A stretch of DNA of 64,000 nt. Origin: the human T2T-CHM13v2.0 reference genome, Homo sapiens. Below the pieces are notes generated by a model. It saw only the letters and a program-made list of their open reading frames with translations. It made no database searches and was not told where the DNA came from. A program made the position numbers and the translations under genes. The stretch lies in the NCBI RefSeq assembly GCF_009914755.1, contig NC_060928.1. One strand, 5' to 3'. Below are positions 35,583-48,777 of this stretch, in pieces (the first letter of the stretch is position 1; each line of letters opens with the position of its first letter).

Positions 35583-35665
35583 GCAGAAGAGCATTTCAGA
35601 TGGCGCCATATCTGAGCAAGTAACTGAAAAGATGTCGCACTAAGAAAGAGGGGAGGAGCACTCAC

Positions 35666-35723
35666 CTTTCAGGATCATACAGGCTGTTATCTGCTACCAT
35701 CGCCTTTAAGACATCAGCATTCG
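35666..35723 (-). CDS. RELL1: RELL1 coding exon 4 (58 nt, phase 1-2)
   Basis: Translates (A)NADVLKAMVADNSLYDPE(S). Acceptor tttattccttag|CG, donor GAAAG|gtgagt. Confidence 0.96.
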
Positions 35724-36321
35724 CTAAGGAATAAAAATAAAATTAAAGAATTAAAATAGAATGAATAAGATGAGTAATCACATCAGAAAAGCTGTTGAAA
35801 ACACATCTAATTCCATTCTTTCAGTTCATAGATGAAGTCCTGGGGGCCTAGAGAAAGGAGGGTCTCCCCCAACATAACTGCATAACATGGCACCATCTGT
35901 CAGTAACTTCCACCCCACAGGAACTTAGTAAGAATGACAAAGAATCTATGGCAAGGAGAGCAGATCTACTATAAGGCATTGCTTCTTACACATCAATAGC
36001 AATATAAAGTAGAAGAAACCACCCCCTCACCCCACACCAACTCCACCAAACTAAAGGACCATTTATATGCCGCTGCTCCCTTGCAGTTAACTAATTTTGA
36101 TAAATATACTTTGAAAAATATGATAGTGAAATGTATTTCATAAGTGACCTATAGTCTAATAACTTGTATGTGCCAAAATAATTAGCCCTAAACTCTGAAT
36201 CCTCCTGTAGCATCAATTCTATCCCATATCGATTCAGGGATGAGAGAAGGTTAATTTTCCAGATGAGCTTCAGGATCATATAAGCCCTTGACTGGCCAGA
36301 TATCTTAAAATTTCAAGTATT

Positions 36322-36627
36322 GGCCAGGCGCTGTGGCTCACGCCTGTAATCCCAGCACTTTGGGAAGCCGAGGTGGACAGATCACAAGGTCAGGAGATCG
36401 AGACCATCCTGGCTAACACGGTGAAACCCCATCTGTACTAAAAATACAAAAAATTAGCTGGGCGTGGTGGCAGGCACCTGTAGTCCCAGCTACCTGGGAG
36501 GCTAAGGCAGAAAAATGGCATGAACCCAGGAGGCGAAGCTTACAGTGAGCAGACATCACGCCACTGCACTCCAGCCTGGGCGATGAAGCGAGACTCTGTC
36601 TCAAAAAAAAAAAAAAAAAAAAAAAAA
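36322..36627 (+). mobile_element. AluY in intron 3, ~600 nt from the exon 4 acceptor
   Basis: gagatcgagaccatcctggctaacacggtgaaacccc. TSD aaaatttcaagtatt. Confidence 0.94.
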
Positions 36628-37723
36628 TTTCAAGTATTGATCACAACATATAAGTTATGTAATATACGCTAACTTTAAAAAATTAGACTTCTAAAAAATA
36701 TCCAAATTTGTAGATGGGAAGCTAGGCTGTCAACAAAAGCAAAAAAAAAAACCTAATCTAAGATTCTTGAGTCCCCCAACCCACACCCACATCCACATCC
36801 ACACGCCATGTGTTTTCTGCCTCCTTGTAGAGTGGTCACGCTCCCCAGGATGAAAGACTGAAGTGAATGTTCAAGTTTCCCTTGGCTATTTAATTGGCAA
36901 GGCCAAATGTTATTACTGGCTTGTAACCTTTTCAATTGATTTCTGAAGCACTGTTCTCATGACTAACCACAACAATTCTCTAGAGAGGAAAGAACAAATA
37001 AAAATCACTATTTACCATGTAAGCCAACACCAACATTTAATGTTTAACATTCAAATGACTTTTCTAGAGAAGGAATATTAATTCTAGTTCCAACTGCTGC
37101 TGTAAGTTTTAACAGTTAAGGGCTTACAATGTGGTGTTTCTCAACCTGGCTTTCATTATTGCCCCACCCAAGAGCCTTGTTCAACTATTTTACCCTAATG
37201 ACTCTCCCATTAATGTACAATACGGCAGATATATTATATACTCAGTTATGTACTATACACATATCTGTGCTTTACATATAAGAGAGTGAGTTTTTTTTTG
37301 GCCCCGATCCAATTTTTATCTTCTTAGGGGACACATTGCCCCATTGCAACCCTTGAGAACATATGGGTTTTTGCTTTTTTCTTTGAAGAAATATTAATAC
37401 AACACTTAATCTTTTGCCAAAAGAAATACTTTACCCTTCACAACTATCTGTGGATGTCCAAATGCATTTTCAAACACAAATTTTGATCTAAATAAGACCT
37501 CCTGTCATTACAAAAACATTATGAAAACGGATCCATAGTAATTTCTCCTGCACAATAAAGAAGACAGTTCCCTCTGTAAAACACATTTAAGTATAATCCA
37601 GTAATGTCAGTTAATTTCCCTTTTGGCTAATAAATGAGGATTCAGAAAAATAATGTCGTTTCAGATACTAGGTTTGGATATACAATCCCATATACAATTT
37701 TGTATTTTATTGTATACAAAATA

Positions 37724-38045
37724 CAGTAGTCCTCAGTATCCATGCGGGGATGTTCCCCAGATCCGTGCAGACACCAAAATCCACAGATGCTCAGGTTCCT
37801 GATATGAAACACATCTCCCCCTCCCCCATACACTTTAAGTCATCTTTAGGTTACTTATAATACCTAATACAATGGAAATCCTATGTAAATAGTTGTTATG
37901 CTGTTTTATATGGGAAATAATGACAAGAAAAAAGTCTGCACATGTCCAGAAAGATGCAACCATCCATTTTTTTTTTCTAATTTTATTTTATCCTTGATTG
38001 GTTAAATCCATAGGTGCAGATCTGATGGATATGGATGGCTGATTA
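37724..38045. mobile_element. MER2 (Tigger-derived)
   Basis: cagtagtcctcagtatccatgcgggga...accaaaatccacagatgctcaggt...ttacttataatacctaatacaatg. Confidence 0.8.
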
Positions 38046-39738
38046 TATAAAGTAATTTGCCACCCAAACTTACTCTGCCAACATTTACCATACTTCAAAA
38101 CTATAAACATAAAAAAGAGGGAAAACAACACCAATAGGTATTAAAACAGGGACAGCACTATCAGCACATACAGGAGTGAGCTTTTTAAAATCAAACGTTT
38201 AAATCACTGCCTGAGAAAAATCAATCACCTGTAAAATGATGACCACCTATAAAATGAAAGGTCAAATTACAAAATAATTCCAGGAAGATAAGATATATTA
38301 AAATCATTATTAAAGCTTGCTTTTTGTAGATGTGTGTTTCTCGGTTATTCATGAATTCCTGTAACTCATCTTTATCTCTCAGGAATAATTAGTAAACATC
38401 CCCTTGGTTTGCTGAGTGAGTCTCTAGGACTCACCCTGTGGCATGTGGGACACACACACACACACCCACATGCATGCATGTACAGGTACATACCCACATG
38501 TACACACATGCGTCCCTGTCTCTGAGCTAATCTCCAGGGAGTCAACTTCAGTAATCTGTCTATTGGGAACATTTTTGGTTTCCAGTGACGAGAAGGTTTT
38601 CTAATATAACACCACCGTTAGGACTGAAACACATGCCTTAATTTGGTTGTGAAGTTACCATAAAAGAGCAATACTGTGAGTTCTGTTGAAGGTGTATCTC
38701 CTCCTTGCATATTACTCACAGCTACACTAAGCCTTAGGTGGTTTTCTCCACACTTGCCGGCATTTTGTCAACTACACTTCCTTTCCCCACCTTCCCCAAA
38801 ATGGGAGGAGCTAGGCACAGGGCAAGGAAACTCCCTCAAGAAAAGGGAATATGTTCCAATGGGTGACATTTTCCAGAAAAGACCTCTTTTTCTCCCTGAA
38901 TCCCTGCTTGATAATATGCATGAAACAGCCAAAATCAGGCAAGAAAAATGTCTTCTGTCTCTCCCATCACTATTCTCTTCAAAGTTTTCCTCACACCTAA
39001 GGCAAATTTCCCAAGCAAAAACTAACATTGCCATCACCAAAATGTAAGCGCCGGCACGTGCCAGTCACTGCCTGAAAGCTTTACCGATCTTACGTGTTGG
39101 ACTTTTCTGATGACCTTAACAGTAGGTAGAATTATCACCCCCATTTTACAAGTATACAGACTAAGACCTAAAGATCGTAACTGACTGGCCGGAGTCATAC
39201 AGCTAGAGAGTGACAGGCTTGGACACAAACCCTGGTCTGTCTGACTCCAGGGTGGGTGCTTTTAACCCTGACATCTTCCTTCCTACCCTTCAATGTCCAA
39301 GTCCCCGCCCAAAGGGACAGAGGTTGAATAATGGTTCATGGCATGTTGCATAATCAACAGAGAAAGTTTCAGAACCCACTCGGTACTCACAGTCATTTAT
39401 AAAGGAATCTTTTCTGGCAAAATATAAACGAAGCCTGAAGGCAAAAACTTCACAAAGGCATCTCTTGCCTAGGGATCAGAAGTACTAATCACTAACCAGA
39501 AGCACTTGAGGACTATCTGTAGTACTCCCTGCAATTTTTACTAAGCAGCCAGTTCAAGGGCCTAGCAGAGGAACTCAGCTACAGACTCCCAGATACTTTC
39601 CAAACATCCATACAATGCAAGAAAACTCCAGCGACTACCCAGACACGATTCAGTTCGGCTCTATTTAGAAAGATGAATTAAAAGCTAGCACTGCCGTACA
39701 TCCAACCCTTTGGATTAGGAAAATAGTCAGAGTGCAGG

Positions 39739-40470
39739 TGTGGCATAATATGCAACAGATTTGGTCATTGTCCTGGGTTCCTGTCACAGAGTTCCTAAAG
39801 GCCTTGGAATTTCCTGATAGGAGTGTCTTTTGTTATTCATAATGAGCACCTTTTGATCACACCTGGGTTTACACTAATGCGGTGACTTGGGGTGGAGCCC
39901 CTAGACAGTCTCAGGGTGGGGCCAGTCATCATTAAGACCAAGTGATTAGAGGGTTGGAACTTTCAGCCCTACCCAGGGACCTCAGGAAAGTCAGAGCAGG
40001 GGAGGACGGGGCAGGGTTCTGGGACTGGAAATTAAACTGGACAAAACAACTCTTGAACAACAAGATTTGATAGCTTCCAGGTGGCTGAACAGGTGCAGGT
40101 GCCGGGAGGGTGGCGCACCCAGAGAGGGCAGGAAAGCTCTGCGCCCCACCCCAATACTATGCATCTCTTCTATTTTGTTGTTCGTGAGTTGCATCCTCTA
40201 TAACAAGCCAGTACATGTAATAAAGTGTTTCCCTGAGTCCTGTAACCCATTCTAGGATTGTGGATCCCTCCTCCCAGCCATTTAAGATTATAGGTCAGAA
40301 GTACCAGAGCCCTGGCTTCCAACTGGCATCCCAAGTAGGGGCAGTCTTTTGGGATCTGACGCTAACTCTAGGTAGACAGAGTCAGAACTGTATTAAATTG
40401 CAGGGTTCGGGGATTTGGAGAACTGCAAAGTATGGAAAAAACCCACATCTTTGTCAGAAGTGTTGTGTGA
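39739..40470. mobile_element. MER21-family LTR
   Basis: ttcctgtcacagagttcctaaaggccttggaatttcctgataggagtgtcttttgttattcataatgag...gtgattagagggttggaactttcagcc. Confidence 0.75.
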
Positions 40471-41644
40471 GGATGGAGACAACCAAACAAACAAAGTGTG
40501 TTTGCCCAGCAGGTCAGCTGATAATCCATCCTTCAAGAGATATTTATCTAAATTAAAATTGACTTCCAACATTAAAGACATAATGTGTTTAAACCATAAA
40601 CAAGAATGTTACCATGAGTACAGTTCAAATATCACCCCATTTGCCAAACTTAAAATGCGAAGCAGAAACCATTCATATATCATGATTGCAAATGTTTACG
40701 GATGCATGAATCCAGGAAAAGAAAACCTAAACACACGTGGGAAAAGGGTAATAGAGAGATTGTGCTTAATTTTATTCCTTTTTTAACGTAAAGGAAAAGT
40801 CATGGTACACGTATCACTTTTAAAACTAGAAAGCAAAATTTATATTAATTCCAATTTATCAAAGACAGAAAATATCAACAGAGAAGTCCAAATTGGTACT
40901 AAGTTCAAGTTATGTTAATCATTGAGACAAAAATATTTTTAAAAATGCATTTAGTCCACAAAATAGAGGATTTCAGTCTCAAAGCCGAACTCAAACATGC
41001 TAGGTTATAAACTGGTAAGAGATCAAGGCTGCATCTTATCACCAGGCTGTGGTTTTGGTGCAGGCTGGAAGCTGAAGAGGCCACAGCTGGAAAGGGGTGT
41101 GCAGCAACATCAGGTATTACCTGAGGGCCCAGGAAGGGAACCAAGGGCTGCGCAAAGGATTGGAGTCACCAGCTGTCCTCACGGGCCCCTGGAGAAACCG
41201 CAGGTACACAGATGAAGGCATGGACAGGAGAAGAGGGGACCCGGGGTTGAGAATAAGATAGAAGGCAAAGAGAACTGGGGAGCAGAGGAGAGAGGAGAAA
41301 AATGGCACCTCCGGTATTGACTGCTCAGTGGTACCTACTGGTGCTAAGCACAGTAAAAACACAAAGGCTACTTTCCAAAAGGAAAACAACATCATTTAAA
41401 AAGAAAAAGAAAAAAAAACCAAAACAGCCCTATTCGCCCATGAGTGTGGGAAGTGAGGAAATTATATAATACGCCTCCTCCAAGGACCCCAAACACCCTC
41501 TCTGCTGTAATTAAGAGAAGTGCTTACTGCCAGCACCGTCCTGCCATACCTGCTTGTGTGACTTTGAACAAGTGTCTTATCCTCTGGGTCGCTGTTTCCT
41601 AATCTACAAAATAGGGTGGTAACAGGGCCTACGTCATCTGGTAC

Positions 41645-41989
<345 letters not shown>

Positions 41990-43604
41990 TGAAGAATTTA
42001 TTGAGTTAATGCTTAAGGATTTCTACAAACTACCCCAGCTATATACTGTCCCTCTTTGAAAGGAATAAGTTTTCCATCCCTCTTTCATGCCACCTGGACA
42101 GAGGTACTACAGTAAGTGGTTAAAATAACAGACTATGGAACCAGAACACCTGAGCTCCAATCCCAGCTCCGCCACTTTCCAGCGGTGCAACACTGGCAAC
42201 TTAGTTAAGTACGGTGGGCTTCACTTTATAACATGGGAAGAAAATGTCGAGATCACAGCATCCCTGGAAAGCCCACAGAACAGGCCCAGCACATAGCAAA
42301 CCCTCATGAGTGCTATGACGTCGATACGTGAGAACTTTAACCCCTGGCAAGGTTCTCACAGTTTACTTATTTCGACTGATTCAACTGCCAGTACCCATTT
42401 CATGCATCATCACAAATTTGGCAACTGCTCCAGCTTTTAGAAGCCCGGGTCCCAAAGGCCTGCAAGCTCCCCACAGCCACGAAAGGCAGTCTGGAATGTG
42501 AAAGGCACAGAGGCAGTGAGGGGGTCATCCATGCCTTACACTGCACACTTCCAGAATGGGTACATCTTCTAGGCCAAGGACATAGTCATGCATTGCTTGG
42601 GCAAATTCAAAAGCACTTTTTTTTCATATAAAAGAAACATCCATGATTGAGTACTCAAGAACAGTATCACCAACTACTGTGCCCTGAAGGAAGGTCTCTG
42701 GAAGACAGAGATCAAAATCCAAGTATTCTGGTCTTTTTTGTTATTTTAAACATCATCCGAGTAAGTTTGGTTGTCTGACTTTATAGACTGCAGAAATTGA
42801 CAACTGCATATTAGAAGACAGGAGGGACAATATCGTGTGGTTGAAAAGGATGCTGAATTTGAAACCAGACAGACAGAGCTGGGCTGCTCACTAACCATGT
42901 GAATTTAATTACTTGGAACCTTCTTTCTTTATCTGTAAAATGGGTGTAACTGAACTAACTTTATAGGGATGTTTTGAAGATTAAATGAGATTACGTATAT
43001 AAAGCACCCAGATCTATGCCAAAAGCATAAAGCACATTCTAAAAACAGCAATGAAAATTATGCTCAACCATACGAAACTGCTGTTTCTCTAAGTCAAAAA
43101 CCGTTGAAGAGAGTCAAACTGACAAACAGGCTGGGCAGGCAGGTGCTCTTGTGGAGTAGTGAGGATCTGGGAGTGTGGGGTGCCCAGGGCAGGGCCTGAG
43201 GGCAGAGGAGCAGGTATTTACTGATGAGTGTGGTGTATTTCAACCTTTAGACAAATGGCTCAGCTCTATCAGGCTGAGCTCTATCAGTCCACGAGCCCAT
43301 GCTGGCTAAAGCACAGACAAAGCCCAGGGGAAACATTTTCTTTTAAATTGTAATGAGAATTCACAGTGTGAGAATCCACAGCTATTGAGTAAGTGGGCAA
43401 GGAATCCCACACACCTCAAATATCACTGAGGGCATGGTGTGCTATGGAGGGAATAACCAGTGCTCAGAACAATAACCGTAAAGTTTCTTTACTCAAGATT
43501 AAATTAATCTTCCATTTAAGATGATAATTTAGAATACATTTCAGGGTGAAAAAATACTAAATTTCATAAAAGTTCAACTTTGTAAAAGTGTTAACACTGG
43601 AGAA

Positions 43605-43845
43605 AGGATGACATAGAGTAGACAAACAGAAGCACAGCAGCAGCTGCCAGTGGACGGGGGAGGAGGGAATGGGGAGTGGCTGCCTAAAGTGTCCAGAGCT
43701 TCAGCTTGGGAAGATGTAAAGTTCTGGAACTAGACAGTGGAAATGCATGTACAACACTGTGAATGTGCTTAATCCCACTGAAGGGTGCACTTTAAAATGG
43801 TAACAGTACTAAATTTTATGTGTATTTTACCACAATTTTTTTAAG
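43605..43845 (+). mobile_element. L1MB-type 3' end fragment
   Basis: gggaatggggagtggctgcctaa...aagttctggaactagacagtgg...acaacactgtgaatgtgcttaat...aattttatgtg. Confidence 0.7.
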
Positions 43846-43959
43846 CGCATGAAAAAGGAACAGACAATATTTGAGTACTTACCATACTGAGCACTCTATG
43901 TGTGCTATGTCCCAACAATGCTGTGAAGTAAATATTATTATTATTATTGTTTCTTATTA

Positions 43960-44245
43960 TTTCTTTTTTTGACAGAGTCTCGCTCTGTTACCCATGCTGG
44001 AGTGCAGTGGTGTGATCACAGCTCACTGCAGCTTTGAAATCCTGAGCTCAAGTGATCCTCCCACGTCAGCCTCCCAAGTAGCTGGGAACATAGGAATGTG
44101 CCACCATGCCTGGCTATTTACTTTTTTTGAAGAGATGGGGTCTCACTATTTTGCCCAGGCTGGTCTTGAACTCCTGGCCTCAAGTAATCCTCCCACCTCA
44201 GCCTTCCAAAGTGCTGGGATTACAGATGTGAGCCACCGTGCCAGG
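43960..44245 (-). mobile_element. AluJ inserted in a MIR
   Basis: Antisense AluJ. TSD gtaaatattattat. MIR core (attttacaggaagaaact) resumes after it. Confidence 0.88.
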
Positions 44246-44590
44246 CTGAGGTAAATATTATTATCCTCATTTTACAGGAAGAAACTCTACCTCATGAAAC
44301 AAGGCAATATAGTTTCCCCAAATTGCACACAACCAGTAAGCAGTGAGGCCAGGATTTGAACACCAGCTGACAGCGCCTCCAGGGCTGGGTCTCTGCAACG
44401 CTTAGACCGACTCACGCTTAGAAAACTCACTCATGTGAAACTTGCGTAGCTGAATAATGCTGGAAGCTGAGGTGTTAGAAAGCTTAGGTGAAGTCAGTAA
44501 GAGAGTCTATATAAATCTTGACTCTTCGAAGCAGGTTTTTAATAAAGGATAGGAATACTGAATTGTTTTGGAACACTAAAATGTTCACAC

Positions 44591-44662
44591 CTTCATTTTT
44601 CATGATGTAGTGGACGATTTGCCCAACAGTGTCACTGTTTTCATTCACACTGTCATTCAATT
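44591..44662 (-). CDS. RELL1: RELL1 coding exon 3 (72 nt, phase 1-1)
   Basis: Translates (E)LNDSVNENSDTVGQIVHYIMKNE in frame with exon 2. Acceptor cttttctctttcag|AA, donor GAAG|gtgtga. Not in the ORF track because it is too short. Confidence 0.96.
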
Positions 44663-46498
44663 CTGAAAGAGAAAAGAGGAGGGGAGAACAGGTTACAATT
44701 GGTCACCAGCATCAAGTCAATCAATCTTAGAACCCAAGACCTCACTGAACAGTTTCCAGAAGCCTCAGGAGATCACCCATGGTGCTACAATTCTAGGCTT
44801 TCTCCCTCCAGCCCCAAACTTCCTAATGCATAACAAGCATAAAGAGAAAGTATCAAAGCTGTCCATCTATCTCTTCTGAAGTTCAAATACTCACTTTCCA
44901 AGACAATAATTTGAAAATGCATTTGTACCAGTCTTCATTATTATTTCTCTCTCATCATTTTCTTAAAGCCTTATGAGAAATGGGAAGAAAGCTCATTAAA
45001 AAAGAAAAAGATTCTCCTTGGATTTTATTTTAATTGCAGACTTACTATATCAATTTACAATATTAATTTCCTTTTTAAATTGGATCATAATTCTTCCATG
45101 TTCATCAGACTGCTGTATCCTCTGAAATACACTTTCAAATTACCTACATTCAGGGCTTGGTTATGTGTCCACAAACTCAGTTTACTTTGGGGACTCTGTA
45201 CCAGGAGCATACATGACGGTCTTTGGGAAAAAAAGCAAACCACTCTGAAACCAATCTGCAAAATTTGTTTCAATAAGAACGAGGAAGGGTTGAAACGCTC
45301 CATCCTAGTTCACAGAGAATGCATCAAGGTGTGCAGTGTCCTACTCATTTACCTGGACAATGCCTTCTCCATCCAAAGGTCAGCTTTCCTCCACGTGAAC
45401 ATGCATGTTTGGTTAGACAGCTCAGAAGCTGGCTGCTAAGCCAACCTACAGAGCATCTGGGAAGGAGGAGAGGGGGAGGCTCCACTTTCTGTTGACAAAC
45501 ACTTGGCTTTGGTTTGCTCACAGGCTCATACATGACTCATCATGCAATCCTGTTCCTTCTCAGCCTCAAAGGTCAGTGGGGGTGGGAAAAACCAACAGTC
45601 CAGCAAGCTGGCAAGGAACGAGGAACCTCCCCTCAGCCAGCCCTGCTTTGCCTGAAGGGCGACCTACTCCAATGTCACCTTTCTGCAGAAACTGCCCTTA
45701 GCAGGGCTGAAAGGAATAGGGGGAGTCACCTACTACCTCTCAAGGCCCAAGTCAGGAAACATCCCTAAAGATGATGGGAAAGAAACATCAGTGGCGAAAA
45801 CAGGATTTCGTCTCCCCGGTTTTTCTAAACACTACCTTATGACTCCACATTAGGAGAAACAGATGAGACAGCCTGAAGTTAGTACTAAGGCACCAGCTCT
45901 TGTCATACTTTTTTCTGCACTGTGCACACGATCGTTTACTTAATAAACATAAATTCCAATCACAAATATTTAAGATAGAACTCCCCCAGCAAAAGTAACA
46001 CCACAAACATGGGGAGACCTATTTTAATTTTTCCTTCACTCTTATTCGAATCTGATTCCATAATAATAGTAAGGATTAATATTTAATGAGTAGTCATATA
46101 TTCCAAATACCAAATGCATCTTTCCTCTAAATTTCACAGAAACCCCAAAAGGTAAGGATTATTTTCCTCATTGAAATTAAATTAAAATGTCAAATGAATA
46201 AGATTAAATTAATTAAAAATACATTTAAGTGAAATTATACATGGCAGAGATTCAGAGCACACAATAACTTGTCTAAGGCCACAGGGCAAGAAAGGGTGCC
46301 CTATCTGGCAGGTATTCAGTAATGAAAGCAAGTTTTCAAACTAGGTGTGATTACTGCACAATCTGCACTTACACTACACTGCACCACCTGCCACTAAAAT
46401 GGATCATTCTGCCTCAGAGAGATGGAAAGCATATATCACTGGTTTCATATTTAAAAACTGTCTCCTCACCCCCAATAAAAAGAGCCCTGGTTATTTAC

Positions 46499-46723
46499 CT
46501 ATCTTTTCAACCTTTTCCTCTTCGATATCTTGCTCTGCTTCTGTTGTACAACGATAGCCTTTCTTCTTAAGCAGGTGGCAAATGAGGACGCCAAAGAGAC
46601 CCATGATAAAGAACACAGGGACAAGCGCGTATGCAATATATTCTGGGTGTCCATTCCCAGTATCGTTGCTGGGCGACGGGGTCGTCTCTGTTCTGGAGTG
46701 CAATGTGCGGCTGCTCCCATTGT
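46499..46723 (-). CDS. RELL1: RELL1 coding exon 2 (225 nt, phase 1-1): ectodomain stub, transmembrane helix and basic juxtamembrane segment
   Basis: Translates (D)NGSSRTLHSRTETTPSPSNDTGNGHPEYIAYALVPVFFIMGLFGVLICHLLKKKGYRCTTEAEQDIEEEKVEKI, recognised as RELL1. Minus-strand acceptor tttctttctgtag|AC, donor ATAG|gtaaat. Confidence 0.97.
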   Translation of the reverse strand, partial: TMGAAAHCTPEQRRPRRPATILGMDTQNILHTRLSLCSLSWVSLASSFATCLRRKAIVVQQKQSKISKRKRLKR

Positions 46724-47020
46724 CTACAGAAAGAAACATGCATGCTGCATTAGATATCTGTCCAGGGCAAGAAAAACCTAATGACTCTCAGGTAATGTTC
46801 ACAGTAAGTCAGGGTCTGCTCCCGAAACCACAGGCCATGCAGACTGGTGGGTCCAGCTGCACAGGCAAAAGATAGCCCAGGTTTGAGCTCAAACAGTCTG
46901 AGTTTAACTCTGCTACTCATGAACCAGGTCCCATGCTGGGTCATTTTTTAAAACATCCTTTGAAGACAGCTTCTTCTTCATTGTGGAATGAGTATACAGG
47001 GTTGTCGTGAAGTGTCCAGC

Positions 47021-47125
47021 ACAGAGTAAACACATAAACATTACATGTAACATTACAAACACAGAATGAACACATAAACACTACATGTAACATTACAAAT
47101 ATTACATAAACACTACATTACATTA
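47021..47125. repeat. 40-bp tandem duplication plus a partial third copy
   Basis: acagagtaaacacataaacattacatgtaacattacaaac / acagaatgaacacataaacactacatgtaacattacaaat. Confidence 0.85.
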
Positions 47126-48023
47126 TAGCACAGTTCTTAGTGATTAAGAGCATGGCCTCAGAACACTCAAGTTCAATTCCCAGCTCCACCATTTAGCAGC
47201 TGTGTGACAATGGACAAGAACTTAACATCTTGATGCCTTGGTTTCTTATGAAATGGGCATACAAATACTACCTACTCACCCTTCTAGGATTGTTATAAAG
47301 ATGAAATAAATTATTACGTGTAAACTAGCAAGCAACATAGCAAATATTCACCCACATGCCAGGCACCATTCTAGGCACTTGTGATGCAGGTTCATCACAC
47401 TGAGCAAAACAGGCGGAGATTTGTTGTCCTCATGCAGCTTACATTCTAGGAGGATTTAGTAAACTAGCAGATCTAGAGTATGAAGAAGAGGGAAAAGTCA
47501 GGGATAGCATCAAGATCTTGGCCTGGGGTGCAAACATAAAAATGGAAGTGAGTGCACTTGTTTATTTGTTCACTAATCCCAATAAACATTGAATGCATGC
47601 CAGTTATGTGACAAGCACCACACTGGGTGGGAACTGGATAGAGTGATGAACAACGTAACGTAGCCCCTGCCATCTTGAGGCTCGTATATGATGGCATCAG
47701 AAACAGCCATTAAACAAGTATACACGGGCAGATCGTGACAGATTGTGAGAAATGCTGTGGAAGGAAAACACGGGGCACTAGAAGAGAAAAGAACAGTGGG
47801 GATCTACTTTATGACTTCAAGAATAGGGAAGCTTTGAAGTGGGCATCTTTTGGAGAAAAGGGAAGTTTTTGCCTTTAGACATGTCAAAGTATCACATGAA
47901 TATATATATGAGAGACAGTTTGATATCTTAGCCTGCAGGGGTGCCACAGGGACTCCAGAAAGCAGTGAGCCTGGAGCACACAATTATACAATGTGGCCAA
48001 CTGAGATCGCAGGAAGAACATAC

Positions 48024-48475
48024 TTTGGGAGGCTGAAGGGGGTGGGGGGAGGGGGCGAATCACTTGAGGTCAGGAGTTCAAGACCAGCCTGGGCAACATG
48101 GTGAAACCCCGTCTCCACTAAAAATACAAAAATTAGCTGGGCATTGTGGTACACAACTGTGGTGCCAGCTACTGGAGAGGCAGAGGTGAGAGGATTGCTT
48201 GAGCCTGCGAGGCAGAGGTTGCAGTGAGCCAAGAAGTGCACCACTGCACTTCAGCCTGGGTGACAGAGCAAGACTGTCTCAAAAAAAAAAAAAAAAAAAT
48301 TAAATTAAATTAAAAAGTATTAAAAAGTTAGCCTTATATATGTTCCTGTCACACAGTAAGCACTATAAATGTGTTAGCTACCACTATTAATATTTAGGCT
48401 GGGCACAGTGGCACATGCCTATAATCCCAACACTTTGGGAGGCCAAGGCAGGCGGATCACTTGAGGCCAGGAGTT
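48024..48475 (+). mobile_element. Composite: 5'-truncated Alu, spacer, 3'-truncated Alu, flanked by a 14-bp direct repeat
   Basis: caggaagaacatac at 48010-48023 and 48476-48489. Confidence 0.8.
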
Positions 48476-48777
48476 CAGGAAGAACATACCGTGTAGCAAA
48501 AGAATCAGCAGAGCACCATGCCATGGAAAAATGAGGAGAGAAATACAAAATGAAGAGGGGAGTCAGGTAGATGAGGACCAAAGAAAACTGTGGGGTTTGA
48601 CTGAAACAAAGCTTCAGTATTTGGAATATCCTGACTCTGAAAGGATAAAGTGAGGTTTTCTACATCAAGGGAGGTTCACACACACTGCTCAAGAAACCCA
48701 GAAATTGGAAAGCTAGAGACATTTAAATATAAGCTTTCTCAAGAGAATTTTGGTGAGAAAAGAATCCGTATTGTAAT

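Noticed and set aside
44356-44377. REST/RE1-like ttgaacaccagctgacagcgcc
   Set aside because: Wrong half-site spacing, mismatches in the left half, and it lies in decayed MIR sequence.
46491-46739. ORF-track protein MFLSVDNG...KIGK as a standalone single-exon gene
   Set aside because: It is RELL1 exon 2 extended into intron on both sides. The same applies to the ORFs at 32102-32470 and 28607-28792.
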